From positions 9,202-73,201 of the forward strand of contig JAFYRK010000002.1 of assembly GCA_017559545.1 (NCBI GenBank): a stretch of DNA of 64,000 nucleotides. Direction: 5' to 3'. The notes below the pieces were generated by a model. It was not told where the DNA came from, ran no database searches, and saw nothing but the letters and a program-made list of their open reading frames with translations. Below, piece by piece: positions 1-9,439 of the stretch. Within the stretch, counting starts at the first letter, position 1. Every line of letters begins with the position of its first letter. Origin of the DNA: Bacteroidales bacterium. Its GTDB lineage: Bacteria; Bacteroidota; Bacteroidia; Bacteroidales; UBA932. The translations under genes and the position numbers were made by a program.

Positions 1-1379
1 TCTTCTGGCTCATGGCCGCAAAATGCAAATGAAAGATACTCCGACACGCCATCTTTCCTGACGCATTCCCTGATATACTCACGCACATTCGGCTCCTCGA
101 TACCGGCATCAATGAACTCCCACTCCACATCAAGGAAACCATCGGATCCCGACAACTTTGGATTTAAATATTCGGCCTTAGGAGACGTGCATACAACATT
201 CTTATTACCCGTCTCGTCCCATGAGACATATTCCGAGTATGAAAGATCCATAAGGGAATCGAAGTGGCCTCTCCAGAAATCAACTTCCTGCTTGATATCT
301 TTCTGGACAAATGTGATCTTGGTCTTCTTGCCCTTTGTCCTGAAATTCGGGAAGTGACAGATATGAGCAGCTGTGGTAGCCATAGCATATGCCACCTGGG
401 TCATACCAACCAAAATAAGATGGACATTGATATCGCTGTCCTTTGTGATTCCTCCTCTATCCAAAGCAGGATACTTAAGAGATTTCACCTCGCCAGAGAC
501 AAGCACTCCCTGGGCCATATTCTCAACTGCGCTTACAATATTAAGGCGGAGTTTATCAGTTGAGCAGCTCTCTTGCCTGTATGAGAACACATTATGAGAT
601 GTGAGACGATCCAGAAGGAGATAGCAGTCCTTTATCACGGTAGCATCCTTGCACTTCTCTGTAATATAATGCCAGCACTTGAGACTAAGACCATCGTGCT
701 GCGACTCATCATCCTCGCCTATCACATATATTGAATGAGCTTCGGCGACATGTAGACTATCCAGGGCAGACGGATTCGCTCTCTTACCGAAAACAACATA
801 GATATTCTTCATGGCCTGTGCGCCGATATAAGACAAGATCATCTCCCTGACCTGCTCAACATCTCTGTCGGTCTGAATTACAATATCATGTCCGGTATTT
901 CCAATCTGTCGCAGAATGTTCATTAGCATGCCGCTAGAGCCAAATATAAGGATATGATCTTCAAAGTCATATGTATATTGCCCTTTAGTCAAGGACTCAA
1001 TACGACGATTCAAAAGGTTAGCGATTGCGCCTATGAGGAAACTGGTAAAGAGAGTCGCTCCGACAAGAACAATGATCATCTGAAGCCACCACTTACCATA
1101 TTTATGACCACCGACAAAAGAGCCCGGGTCCAGCATAAGTTCCAATACACGGATGGCCTTGCTCGGATTTTCAGAAACAAAGGTGGAATCGCTTGCCGAC
1201 TCATGAGTCAGTGCTGTCGGAGACGGATGACGAGGGTCAAAATGGACAAGTGTAGCAAATAGAAGCATAACACCGAATGCCAACAGCAAGAAACCTCCTA
1301 GCCATGCAAACTGTTTTCCTCTGCCCTCATATATGGCACGGTCCAGCGCCTGCCTGAATTTTCTCCAATTTTTTTTCAT
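1..1379 (-). CDS. CASTOR/POLLUX-like (RCK/TrkA-N) cation channel protein, 3'-truncated by the window edge; not in the ORF track
   Basis: Manual translation from ATG at 1379 is open to position 1 (about 459 codons). It reads MKKNWRKFRQALDRAIY, TM1 FAWLGGFLLLAFGVMLLFATLV, pore-like LMLDPGSF, TM2 WWLQMIIVLVGATLFTSFLIGAIA, RCK-like DHILIFGSSG, then a second Rossmann-like strand VHLILVGMTQVAYAMATTAAHICHFPNF. Confidence 0.75.
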   Translation of the reverse strand, partial: MKKNWRKFRQALDRAIYEGRGKQFAWLGGFLLLAFGVMLLFATLVHFDPRHPSPTALTHESASDSTFVSENPSKAIRVLELMLDPGSFVGGHKYGKWWLQMIIVLVGATLFTSFLIGAIANLLNRRIESLTKGQYTYDFEDHILIFGSSGMLMNILRQIGNTGHDIVIQTDRDVEQVREMILSYIGAQAMKNIYVVFGKRANPSALDSLHVAEAHSIYVIGEDDESQHDGLSLKCWHYITEKCKDATVIKDCYLLLDRLTSHNVFSYRQESCSTDKLRLNIVSAVENMAQGVLVSGEVKSLKYPALDRGGITKDSDINVHLILVGMTQVAYAMATTAAHICHFPNFRTKGKKTKITFVQKDIKQEVDFWRGHFDSLMDLSYSEYVSWDETGNKNVVCTSPKAEYLNPKLSGSDGFLDVEWEFIDAGIEEPNVREYIRECVRKDGVSEYLSFAFCGHEPE

Positions 1380-1398
1380 AGGTATGTCTTTAACTCCA

Positions 1399-1430
1399 TA
1401 AAGATAGATAATTTTAATTTATTATCTTTG
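1399..1430. promoter_or_regulatory. Divergent Bacteroidetes-type -7 promoter boxes between the channel and Macro-TIR genes
   Basis: TATCTTTG (+, 1423-1430) matches TAnnTTTG. Near-consensus TATCTTTA lies on the minus strand at 1399-1406. The intergenic gap is 73 bp. Confidence 0.5.
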
Positions 1431-1452
1431 TTGAAATACTGAAATTAACACT

Positions 1453-2547
1453 ATGAAACCACGTAAGTACCATTTCAACAACTCAACCCTGACCATTATC
1501 TTCGGAAATATCATTGACTCCAAGGCAGAAGTTCTGGTAAGTTCCGATAACACTGAGATAACAATGGGAGGAGGGGTATCCCAATGCATACTTACACACG
1601 GAGGGCCGAGCATTCAGGCAGATGCCCAGAAAAAGCTTCCGGCACAGATAGGTGATGTCGTGGTTTCATCAGCAGGAGATTTAAAATGTGCCAAATTCAT
1701 ATTCCATTGCCTTACGCTTGAGCGACATGGCCACAAAGAGTGCGGAACAGATCTGGAATACGATCCTGAGGCCATGCATAATTACATCCTGAGACATTCT
1801 GTGGACAAATGCTTCCGCCTGTTACAGGCACTTGAAATTAACTCCATTGCCTTTCCTTGCATCGGAGCCGGAGCGGCAAACATACCTCTCAAGAAAGTGG
1901 CAGAGGTAATGGCGGACGCAATATCCAGCAATCTCAACAAGACAAACAAGTCATACGAAATTGAATTATATCTTTACGACCGTTATCAGACCTTATCAGA
2001 GATCGACTACATAGATATGTTCGAGAACTTTGCGATCAAGTCAGCTATGGCTCAATATAAGTCCGAACTCGCAGAAAGCCAGTATAAGACCGAACCTGTC
2101 AAGGAAATCCCTGTAGATATAGAAATTCCTAAACGTGAGGAGATGAATCACCATGTATTCATCAGCTATTCGCGACAGAACAAAGAGCAAGTTACCAAGA
2201 TAAAGGACCTGCTGCTGGCCAATGGGATACGATGTTGGATCGACACGGATGGCATCTTCAGTGGAGACAACTTCAAGGAACTCATCGTAGATGCAATCAA
2301 TGTAGCCAAGGCTGTGCTATTCGTCTCATCGGCAGAATCCAATAAATCAAGATATGTTATCCGAGAGATAAGTTACGCCTCAAAAAACAGTAAGACCATA
2401 GTTCCTGTACGTCTCGACGATGCCCCGTATGCAAAGAGCATCAGCCTGGACATTCCTGACATAGATCAGATCGAATGGCATACAGACCAGGAAGAAGCCA
2501 AGAAGAGGCTTATCAACAGCCTGACATACATCCTGAACCTCAGGTAG
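1453..2547 (+). CDS. Macro domain-TIR domain fusion protein
   Basis: N-terminal macro motifs GNII..AEVLVSSDN..MGGGVS..SIAFPCIGAG. C-terminal TIR motifs VFISYSR, CWIDTDGIFSGDNF, SNKSRYVIREI (candidate catalytic Glu) and IVPVRL. Confidence 0.85.
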   Translation: MKPRKYHFNNSTLTIIFGNIIDSKAEVLVSSDNTEITMGGGVSQCILTHGGPSIQADAQKKLPAQIGDVVVSSAGDLKCAKFIFHCLTLERHGHKECGTDLEYDPEAMHNYILRHSVDKCFRLLQALEINSIAFPCIGAGAANIPLKKVAEVMADAISSNLNKTNKSYEIELYLYDRYQTLSEIDYIDMFENFAIKSAMAQYKSELAESQYKTEPVKEIPVDIEIPKREEMNHHVFISYSRQNKEQVTKIKDLLLANGIRCWIDTDGIFSGDNFKELIVDAINVAKAVLFVSSAESNKSRYVIREISYASKNSKTIVPVRLDDAPYAKSISLDIPDIDQIEWHTDQEEAKKRLINSLTYILNLR

Positions 2548-2567
2548 TCCTAGCTGAGCTTGAACAA

Positions 2568-2595
2568 TAAAAAAGGTAACCGGTTACCTTTTTTA
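2568..2595. terminator. Perfect 28-bp palindrome, probable bidirectional terminator
   Basis: TAAAAAAGGTAACC/GGTTACCTTTTTTA lies between convergent genes, with A/T tracts on both sides. It overlaps the RyR stop codon. Confidence 0.7.
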
Positions 2596-2886
2596 ATCCT
2601 TGGATATTTTAAATCCCGCCTTGATGATCAACCTGAGGGTACCAAGCGCTGTATCGCGATCATAGTCTTTCTCAACTTCTGGCAATTCCTCGTACGGCAC
2701 CAAGCATGGATGATGCTTGAGCGTGTCATTACGCTCCGGTCCATAGGCCCATCCCTGACTGATGCGGCTCTGCGCCCACACCTCGTGGACATTCTTTGCC
2801 ATCTTCTCTACAAGATCATTCAACTCCTCCGGCAGCTGGACATCGCTTGTGTCCATCGGCTGCGGTACATATGCTTCTTTCTTCAT
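2593..2886 (-). CDS. Stand-alone RyR (ryanodine receptor repeat) domain protein
   Basis: YVPQPMDTSDVQL..LVEKMAKNVHEVWAQSRISQGWAYGPERND..KHHPCLVPYEELPEVEKDYDR is the RyR domain signature. Confidence 0.92.
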   Translation of the reverse strand: MKKEAYVPQPMDTSDVQLPEELNDLVEKMAKNVHEVWAQSRISQGWAYGPERNDTLKHHPCLVPYEELPEVEKDYDRDTALGTLRLIIKAGFKISKD

Positions 2887-2938
2887 TACGTCTTAAAACT
2901 AAAGTTTCATATATAAATACGAAAACCATACTAGACTG

Positions 2939-3694
2939 TTAGATTCCGCGTTCGCGACATATAGCCTCATATGCCTGTGATATGGCCTTGAATTTTTCTT
3001 CAGCAGCCTTCTGCACGTCCTCACCGAGGGTTGCCACCTTGTCCGGATGGTATTTGACAGCCATCCTACGGTAGGCTTTCTTGACTTCCTCATCTGTTGC
3101 ACTCGGGTCGATTCCAAGGATTCTATAGTTGCCGTCGTTGCTTGGACGGAACTGAGCTATGATGGAATCAGAATCTGACTTTGAAAGGCCTATGTAGTTT
3201 GCAATAGTCTCAAGAAGATCAACCTCTCTCTGTACAAGCCCGTCACATGCTCCCAGAGACACAAGGTAATGATAAAGTTGCAGACGCTGCGAATAGTCCA
3301 TGCATGAACGGATCTGACTGCAGACCTCATAGAGATTGAAATCTTTCTTGAGCAGTTCATCCAGAATTTCTTCAGCCTCAGCTGCAGCCTGAGCTCCGAA
3401 ATTGGCGGCAAAGAACTCACGAAAACTTGCCCTCTCAGCTGAACTGACCTTTCCATCAGCCTTTATCACAGCTGCAGACAACGCAAGAAGACTTATCAGG
3501 AAGCTGTTTCTCTGCCCCTGGTTCCAGGTACGCTCATCCTGGGGACTTCCGCCCCAGGTCTGTCTTCCCTGATTCTCGGCCGATAACTCCGCCACTCTCT
3601 CCAGCTTAGCAGCCAGGTAGTACCCTAAAATACCTCCAAGAGGTCCGAACATCGCCCAGCCAAGGGCGCCTGCTATCCATTTTCCTATTGCCAT
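2939..3694 (-). CDS. djlA: DjlA-like co-chaperone (N-terminal TM, TerB-like domain, C-terminal J domain)
   Basis: Gly-rich [20 protein letters not shown], TerB-like [10 protein letters not shown], and J domain [21 protein letters not shown]. Confidence 0.85.
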   Translation of the reverse strand: MAIGKWIAGALGWAMFGPLGGILGYYLAAKLERVAELSAENQGRQTWGGSPQDERTWNQGQRNSFLISLLALSAAVIKADGKVSSAERASFREFFAANFGAQAAAEAEEILDELLKKDFNLYEVCSQIRSCMDYSQRLQLYHYLVSLGACDGLVQREVDLLETIANYIGLSKSDSDSIIAQFRPSNDGNYRILGIDPSATDEEVKKAYRRMAVKYHPDKVATLGEDVQKAAEEKFKAISQAYEAICRERGI

Positions 3695-3717
3695 GCCCTC
3701 AAGAACAGGAGATGATA

Positions 3718-4821
3718 CTAAAATTTCTTTTGCATTTTCTTGGTTATTCGGTCGAACAGATCATCGTTCTGCACAGAACGGTCAGTAGGTATAATTTCTG
3801 TGCCAGTTTCTTCTATAGTCTCAGATGGCTTCTCTTGAAGTTCTGGGCTTGTACTATTGATCTGTCCTCTTGCCACTACCAGCTCTTGTGAAAGTTTTCC
3901 GACCTCTATCGCATGTACCATTTCCAATTCCTCTATTCGCCTTTGAAGGCTACGGATTTCCTCTTCCCTTTTATTCAAAAAGAGCTGTAACTGATTGAGT
4001 TCAACATCCTTGCTATCAATCTCCTCTTCCAGGCACCGACATCTTTGTTCCAGTTTTCCAATCTTACACCGCGAATCATTGAGAGCCTTTTCATTATGAA
4101 ACTTATTCGTCTTATAAACAGACTGAGCTGTTTTGAGTAGATCCGAAGCGTCAAACATAATATCCGCAAGCTCAGTAATACCATCGAATGGAGACAGAAT
4201 CCACGAACATTCTCTACAGAACTTATCCGAAATTGCAATCTCGCAACCGCAAACCGGGCATACGCGACGTGTGATTTTTGCTTTCCCTAGAGCTTCATTC
4301 AGTTTAGGAATATCATTTGACAGAATTCCACCAATCTTTCCTTTCAATTCCTCTGCAATTGCAAACACTTGTTCCCTCGCGTTTGCAATTTCCTTAGCCT
4401 CGCGCACTCTTTCCTGATGAGCAGGTGTTTCCACATATGGCAACAACCTTTGTTTGTAATCCTCCATATTGAAAGACTCATACTTACACAAAACCATAGG
4501 AATATCTTTGACAGGCACATCCTTCCAAACAGTTACAAGCTGGCCTGTCTTAAACCCACTTAGTTTGGCATTTATGAATAAATCCCACTCATAGTATACC
4601 CATGATGAGTTGATATACTCAGGATTTGATGCGAAGAGTAGCAGATGATAAGTAGATTCCAGCGCAGATGTGATAGCCTTCCTATACTCTGATTCGCCAA
4701 GGAGCCTAAGTTCCATCGGAGCCAGGAATGTATTTAGACCATTTTCCACAAGGAAATAATATATTTCCTCGGCATATTTATAATCTTCGCTCTTACACGA
4801 TATGAAAATGTCGTAGTCCAT
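3718..4821 (-). CDS. TIR domain + zinc ribbon + coiled-coil protein
   Basis: TIR motifs [28 protein letters not shown] (Glu present), CPVCG..CREC zinc ribbon, and a long heptad region [23 protein letters not shown]. Confidence 0.8.
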   Translation of the reverse strand: MDYDIFISCKSEDYKYAEEIYYFLVENGLNTFLAPMELRLLGESEYRKAITSALESTYHLLLFASNPEYINSSWVYYEWDLFINAKLSGFKTGQLVTVWKDVPVKDIPMVLCKYESFNMEDYKQRLLPYVETPAHQERVREAKEIANAREQVFAIAEELKGKIGGILSNDIPKLNEALGKAKITRRVCPVCGCEIAISDKFCRECSWILSPFDGITELADIMFDASDLLKTAQSVYKTNKFHNEKALNDSRCKIGKLEQRCRCLEEEIDSKDVELNQLQLFLNKREEEIRSLQRRIEELEMVHAIEVGKLSQELVVARGQINSTSPELQEKPSETIEETGTEIIPTDRSVQNDDLFDRITKKMQKKF

Positions 4822-4866
4822 AGGGATTTATTATAGAATTTTAGTATTACAAAACTACAAAAAATA

Positions 4867-6228
4867 TCAATATAGGTTCATACCTGCACTATACTTCTGA
4901 GATGTATTATTTACTCCCGAAGGGGTTCCTGCAGAATATTTCCTCTTAGCCTTCTGTTTTTCGGATTTAATATATTTCAGCCACTGCTTTTCAGAATAAT
5001 ATATAGACTCGCCATACCATATATTAGAATGCGTCTTGACGTACTTCTTCGCCTCCTTAAACATTCGTATTTCACAATACTCCTTTACCATGCTGCCGCG
5101 AACAACCCTCATCTGCTGGTGGGACGGGAATGCTTTCATAAACTCTTTTAAATTATATAGAGTTCTGTCATAATACACACAGTACTGATAACAACATTCC
5201 TCATATTTGGCGTAATCGGAAGTTGTCATATAATCATGTGCCATTTCGAATTGCGATTTTGCTGAGAGATACTCCTTATTTTGAAAAGACTCTCTAGCAA
5301 AGCACAGTGTTCTTCTCATCCTTGCTTCGGTCAGATATGGCGATGTTAGTGGAGCATATGTAATATACTTGGAATATGCTTCCTTTGAGTCCACACTCTT
5401 TGTTCGGATCCACCTGTCCTTATCAGTTTCCTTGACCTGAACAACAGGTCCTGTCTGATTTACGGAAAAGTCCTGACTTACCAGTTCAGCAAGCTTACCG
5501 CCCCTCGAATCATTCTTATTTGATATGACCTCAACTGATATCAGCATCGTAACAGGCTCATCGTACTGGGAAGTGCGAGTAGTAATAATTGACTTATTAT
5601 AAAAAACTCTGCCATCGGCCAGATATCCGGAAATGACGACCCAATCCTTCTTTATCACCTTGTAGGTTATATTAGACGGATCATATGAGGTTATAACATC
5701 ATTAAGAATCTGGGTATTTGTCTTTATCAGACTCTTTTGGGCAGATGTCAAATTTACCCTTAACTTATTATCAGTAGACAAGAAGACTACCTTTTCGTCA
5801 GTAGATGAACTTTGTTTTACAAGGTATGCCGGGTGCTTGAAAGTATAAGCGAATGAAGAGTTTGTGTATGTTTTCACAAGATTCTCTGCTTTGTGCTCAT
5901 CATTGAGTCTCTGACATCTCTGCTTCCTAGTCTTTGCTGTCGAATCATATGGATTGAGCTTGAGAATTTCCTCGTACATTTCAATTGCCTTGACATATTG
6001 CTTGGCATTAAAATATCTCTGGGCTCTATTCTGAAAATCAATACAGAGATCACACGTCTTGATTCTTTGACCGTATGAATCGCGACTGTCATTCAACGCC
6101 AACCAATATATTTTTGCATCAGAGTATTCTCCTTTATTCATTGCTGCTATTGCATCAGAGTACATACTTTGTGCATAAGCAGAAAGAGAACTAAACAGAA
6201 TACATAGTACAACCAATAGCTTCCTCAT
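4867..6228 (-). CDS. Secreted TPR-containing protein with helical repeats
   Basis: Likely start ATG 6228 gives signal peptide MRKLLVVLCILFSSLSAYAQ. TPR-like AQRYFNAKQYVKAIEMYEEILKLNP. The segment WIRTKSVDSKEAYSKYI resembles the repeats of the upstream kinase. Confidence 0.6.
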   Translation of the reverse strand: MRKLLVVLCILFSSLSAYAQSMYSDAIAAMNKGEYSDAKIYWLALNDSRDSYGQRIKTCDLCIDFQNRAQRYFNAKQYVKAIEMYEEILKLNPYDSTAKTRKQRCQRLNDEHKAENLVKTYTNSSFAYTFKHPAYLVKQSSSTDEKVVFLSTDNKLRVNLTSAQKSLIKTNTQILNDVITSYDPSNITYKVIKKDWVVISGYLADGRVFYNKSIITTRTSQYDEPVTMLISVEVISNKNDSRGGKLAELVSQDFSVNQTGPVVQVKETDKDRWIRTKSVDSKEAYSKYITYAPLTSPYLTEARMRRTLCFARESFQNKEYLSAKSQFEMAHDYMTTSDYAKYEECCYQYCVYYDRTLYNLKEFMKAFPSHQQMRVVRGSMVKEYCEIRMFKEAKKYVKTHSNIWYGESIYYSEKQWLKYIKSEKQKAKRKYSAGTPSGVNNTSQKYSAGMNLY

Positions 6229-6235
6229 CACTTTA

Positions 6236-8428
6236 TTATAATTTATCAAATCTTGTTTTATATGCATGATATTTTGGCGAGCCGTATTTCTTAAGGTCGT
6301 TCAAGATATTTTTCGCACGATTATAGATTGCCTGGTCAAGCGGTCTGCCATGTTTCTTTTGTAACTCCAAGGCAATCAGTTTATTATTCACCTCCTGTTC
6401 TAATGCCGTAAGATTAACACTATGGGATACAGGAGCCTCGACCTGAATAGGTGTGAACGGATCGGGGTGAGACGACACGTCTGAACGAGAGTTTATCCGT
6501 ATACCAGCAAATATGATAGCACCGACAATCAAAACCACGGCAGCTATCTTTTTCAGAGTTGATTTGAACTCAATATTACTGATTTCATTTTCTGCTGCCG
6601 TACGATATTTGCCTAGTACAGACTGCTGCAAATACCTTTGATACGCCTCTTTGGTATTTATGCTGACTGCCTTTTTCCAAAGCTCGTCCTCGCACCTTGC
6701 AATGCCCATATTGGCTTCTTTCTTATACTTCCCGATGGTAGTGGTATTCAAATAGTTGCGATAGCTGGTGAATGAGTGGCCCATCTTTGCTCTCTTCCAT
6801 AGCTCTTCCTCCAGCTCGCTTGCCTTGATCTGCTCTATTCGGGACTTACACTGGGTAGCATACTTGCCGTTAGGGAACAGTTTCAGATAATTATCGTAAG
6901 CAACTACCGTGTTTTGACTCTGACATAAGGTCCACAGTTTATTCTCAAGTACCCCTAACAAGCCTGAGATTTTAGCAGTATTCTCAGCTACCTTTTGCAG
7001 GTATTCTTTATACTTTGGATCAGACTGCTTCTTATATGAAATTGCAAAGCGGTCAACTTTAATCTTAAGCTTCTTGGATTTGGTTAAATAATTATTGTAG
7101 CTCTCAACACTTGCCTTACGAATTCCTGCACTATAATATAGGTCTTCTATTGCCAAATATGCTTCTAGCGCATATCCTTTGGTGCTGGAGATATTCAAGT
7201 AGTTTTCGTATTCTGTTTCAGTGCCTGCGCGAGAGGCCTTTGCCCAACTAAGTTCCTCAACCTTCTTTCTGGCCTCATGTGCGTAACTTAGTTTTTTTGA
7301 ACTGTCCAGATAGCGGGAATATGCTTCTATTGTTCCACTCGCTACAGTAGCTGTCCATAAAATCACATCCTGGAATATATCGATCTCATTCTGAGCTTTT
7401 ACTCGATATTCTTTTGTATATGAAGTATCCGGGCAATCGTTTAGAAATTGTTTATATGCTGCTATTGTGTTGATTTTCTTTGCTGCAGCGAATTTAGATT
7501 TGACCTCTTCTAAGATATTATCAATGTTGACTAGCGACATGAATGGCTCGAGCTTCTCAATATCGTTGACTTTAAGATAATCAACCAACACATTGAGGTG
7601 CATTTTTACATTCTCGCTTAGCTTTGTAAGATCGCCATAGATCTTTGACGCCTTGAGATTTCTGAAGTCAGCAAGGGTAAACAAAAGCGCATCCCTGTCT
7701 TCTACTTCGTACTTCAGACACAACGCTGGATTCTCAGCTATCGCTATGAGACTCAAATAAATTACAAGCTCAGAGAAATAATCGGTCTTGTGCGAAGAGA
7801 CATGACCAGCAGTCTGCCTGGCAGGATGCTGATAATCCTTTAAACCAGTGATCGAGTCCTTGAACTTCTGTCCCATAGTAGGGACATATAGGGAATCATA
7901 GTCCACCAACTTAAGGGCTGGTTTGCCTCCCATCTTCTCACAAATAAGGATATTGCCGTGCTGAAGATCTCCGTGGGATATCTTGCTGTTATGGATATCC
8001 ACACACATCTGCCTGAACTCTTCTGCAAGAGCATAAATCTTTTCTGGCTGGCGTTGATATTTGATGACGTAATCCTTCAGTTCAATACCATCTACCCATT
8101 CCATACGGGACGTAGGCATCAATGTACCTCCAACGACAATACCCTTCTCAATATATTCTCCTTTGCAGAAATAAGGTAAGGATGATGCCTTCAAATAGTC
8201 CCAGATATATTTATAACGCTGCTGCAAATCGGATAAAGTGGCCCTCCAGCATCTGAAGGCCCACTTCTTTTTGTCAACAACGACAGGGAATACCATCGCA
8301 AAACCACCGGTATACAATACTGGATCACCATTAGGCAAGAGTTGCAATGTTCCTTTCTTTATAAACTCATCTTTTATGAGTTGAGGTATGGTTACGCTAA
8401 CCAGGATTTCATCTTCGCTTACAACCAT
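6236..8428 (-). CDS. Protein kinase-like domain + tandem helical repeats + C-terminal TM segment
   Basis: Kinase motifs GGFAMVFP, WAFRCW, MEWVDG, HGDLQHGNIL, LVDYDS, YQHP. Several W/F-x2-A-x3-(N/G)T-x2-AY-x2-YL repeats follow, then TM IAAVVLIVGAIIFAGI. Confidence 0.85.
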   Translation of the reverse strand: MVVSEDEILVSVTIPQLIKDEFIKKGTLQLLPNGDPVLYTGGFAMVFPVVVDKKKWAFRCWRATLSDLQQRYKYIWDYLKASSLPYFCKGEYIEKGIVVGGTLMPTSRMEWVDGIELKDYVIKYQRQPEKIYALAEEFRQMCVDIHNSKISHGDLQHGNILICEKMGGKPALKLVDYDSLYVPTMGQKFKDSITGLKDYQHPARQTAGHVSSHKTDYFSELVIYLSLIAIAENPALCLKYEVEDRDALLFTLADFRNLKASKIYGDLTKLSENVKMHLNVLVDYLKVNDIEKLEPFMSLVNIDNILEEVKSKFAAAKKINTIAAYKQFLNDCPDTSYTKEYRVKAQNEIDIFQDVILWTATVASGTIEAYSRYLDSSKKLSYAHEARKKVEELSWAKASRAGTETEYENYLNISSTKGYALEAYLAIEDLYYSAGIRKASVESYNNYLTKSKKLKIKVDRFAISYKKQSDPKYKEYLQKVAENTAKISGLLGVLENKLWTLCQSQNTVVAYDNYLKLFPNGKYATQCKSRIEQIKASELEEELWKRAKMGHSFTSYRNYLNTTTIGKYKKEANMGIARCEDELWKKAVSINTKEAYQRYLQQSVLGKYRTAAENEISNIEFKSTLKKIAAVVLIVGAIIFAGIRINSRSDVSSHPDPFTPIQVEAPVSHSVNLTALEQEVNNKLIALELQKKHGRPLDQAIYNRAKNILNDLKKYGSPKYHAYKTRFDKL

Positions 8429-8441
8429 TACTTACGACAGA

Positions 8442-9437
8442 TTATTTCTTATTCCACTTAGACCGTATGCTTGATGTGTCCGGCACGAACTCTACCTGCT
8501 GCCGTGGAGGGACTCTCTTCCATTTATCAGATATCCTCTGATGCTGCGGCACTATCGCCTCTGACAATGGAAGCAACGATTCAATTGAACTTGCGCAGGA
8601 TGCCTTGGCTATAGCGTCACAACAGACCTTAAGCTCGGAATTGGCGGATAAACGGCGGAAGATATCAGCTGTACCCATGGACTTGATGTCCTCTGCCGAG
8701 AAAATGAAGGAAGTATCCGCTTCCTTCACATGGAGCTCATCCCAAAGGTCTGGATAATGCTCAATAGCCTTGATAGCAGTATAAATAATCAATTCAGAAA
8801 AATAGTCTGCCTTTGGAGTCATGTTCTTCTGAGCATGTCTCTTAGGATGCTGATATGCTGGCAGTCCCTTAATATCTTCCGGATAGTTCTCAAGACCAGG
8901 AACAAACATTGAGTCATAGTCTACCAGAACAATACTTCCGTCATTCTTAACGAGAATATTACCATGCTGCAGGTCTCCATGTGAAAAGTTGTGCTTATGC
9001 AAGTCGTTGGTCATCTGCAAGAAGTTCTCTGCAAGCTTCCTCAATACCTGTGGGTTAGATTTATGTTTCCCAACATACTCCTTTATTTCAAGGGCTTCAA
9101 CCCAGTCCATTATCACAATAGGCTGAACGCCCACATTGGTTGCCAAGCCGTTACTCTCATATTCGAAACTGACAAAATATGGCAAGTTGGCTTTAATCAG
9201 CTCGTCTGCAATAATCTTGGTTCTCTTTTGAATATTGTCGACATCAGCATACCAGCAGCGCACAGCCTTCTTTCCATTAGGCGTATAAAATGGAAAAACA
9301 ATGCAGAAACCTCCGACATATCTGATGACGATATCGTTGCTTTTCTCAACATATCCTGCTGCCAACTTAGAAGACTTTATCAGGGCAGGGGTATCTATAG
9401 CCAGTTCGTAATCCTCTGGACTTGGGAATTTCTTCAT
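8442..9437 (-). CDS. Ser/Thr protein kinase-like protein (TerY-P-type)
   Basis: Motifs GGFCIVFP, AVRCW, MDWVE, HGDLQHGNILV, LVDYDSMFVP, YQHP, DYFSELIIY. Clear paralogue of the kinase domain at 6236-8428. Confidence 0.85.
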   Translation of the reverse strand: MKKFPSPEDYELAIDTPALIKSSKLAAGYVEKSNDIVIRYVGGFCIVFPFYTPNGKKAVRCWYADVDNIQKRTKIIADELIKANLPYFVSFEYESNGLATNVGVQPIVIMDWVEALEIKEYVGKHKSNPQVLRKLAENFLQMTNDLHKHNFSHGDLQHGNILVKNDGSIVLVDYDSMFVPGLENYPEDIKGLPAYQHPKRHAQKNMTPKADYFSELIIYTAIKAIEHYPDLWDELHVKEADTSFIFSAEDIKSMGTADIFRRLSANSELKVCCDAIAKASCASSIESLLPLSEAIVPQHQRISDKWKRVPPRQQVEFVPDTSSIRSKWNKK

Positions 9438-9439
9438 AA

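Noticed and set aside
112-1262. Short ORFs at 112-357, 164-388, 264-563, 373-597 and 954-1262
   Set aside because: They are antisense or out-of-frame shadows of the long minus-strand channel gene (1379 to <1).
1453-4821. Canonical Thoeris system
   Set aside because: TIR and macro domains are present, but there is no ThsA-type SIR2-SLOG or TM-macro effector, so the region is reported as a non-canonical candidate instead.
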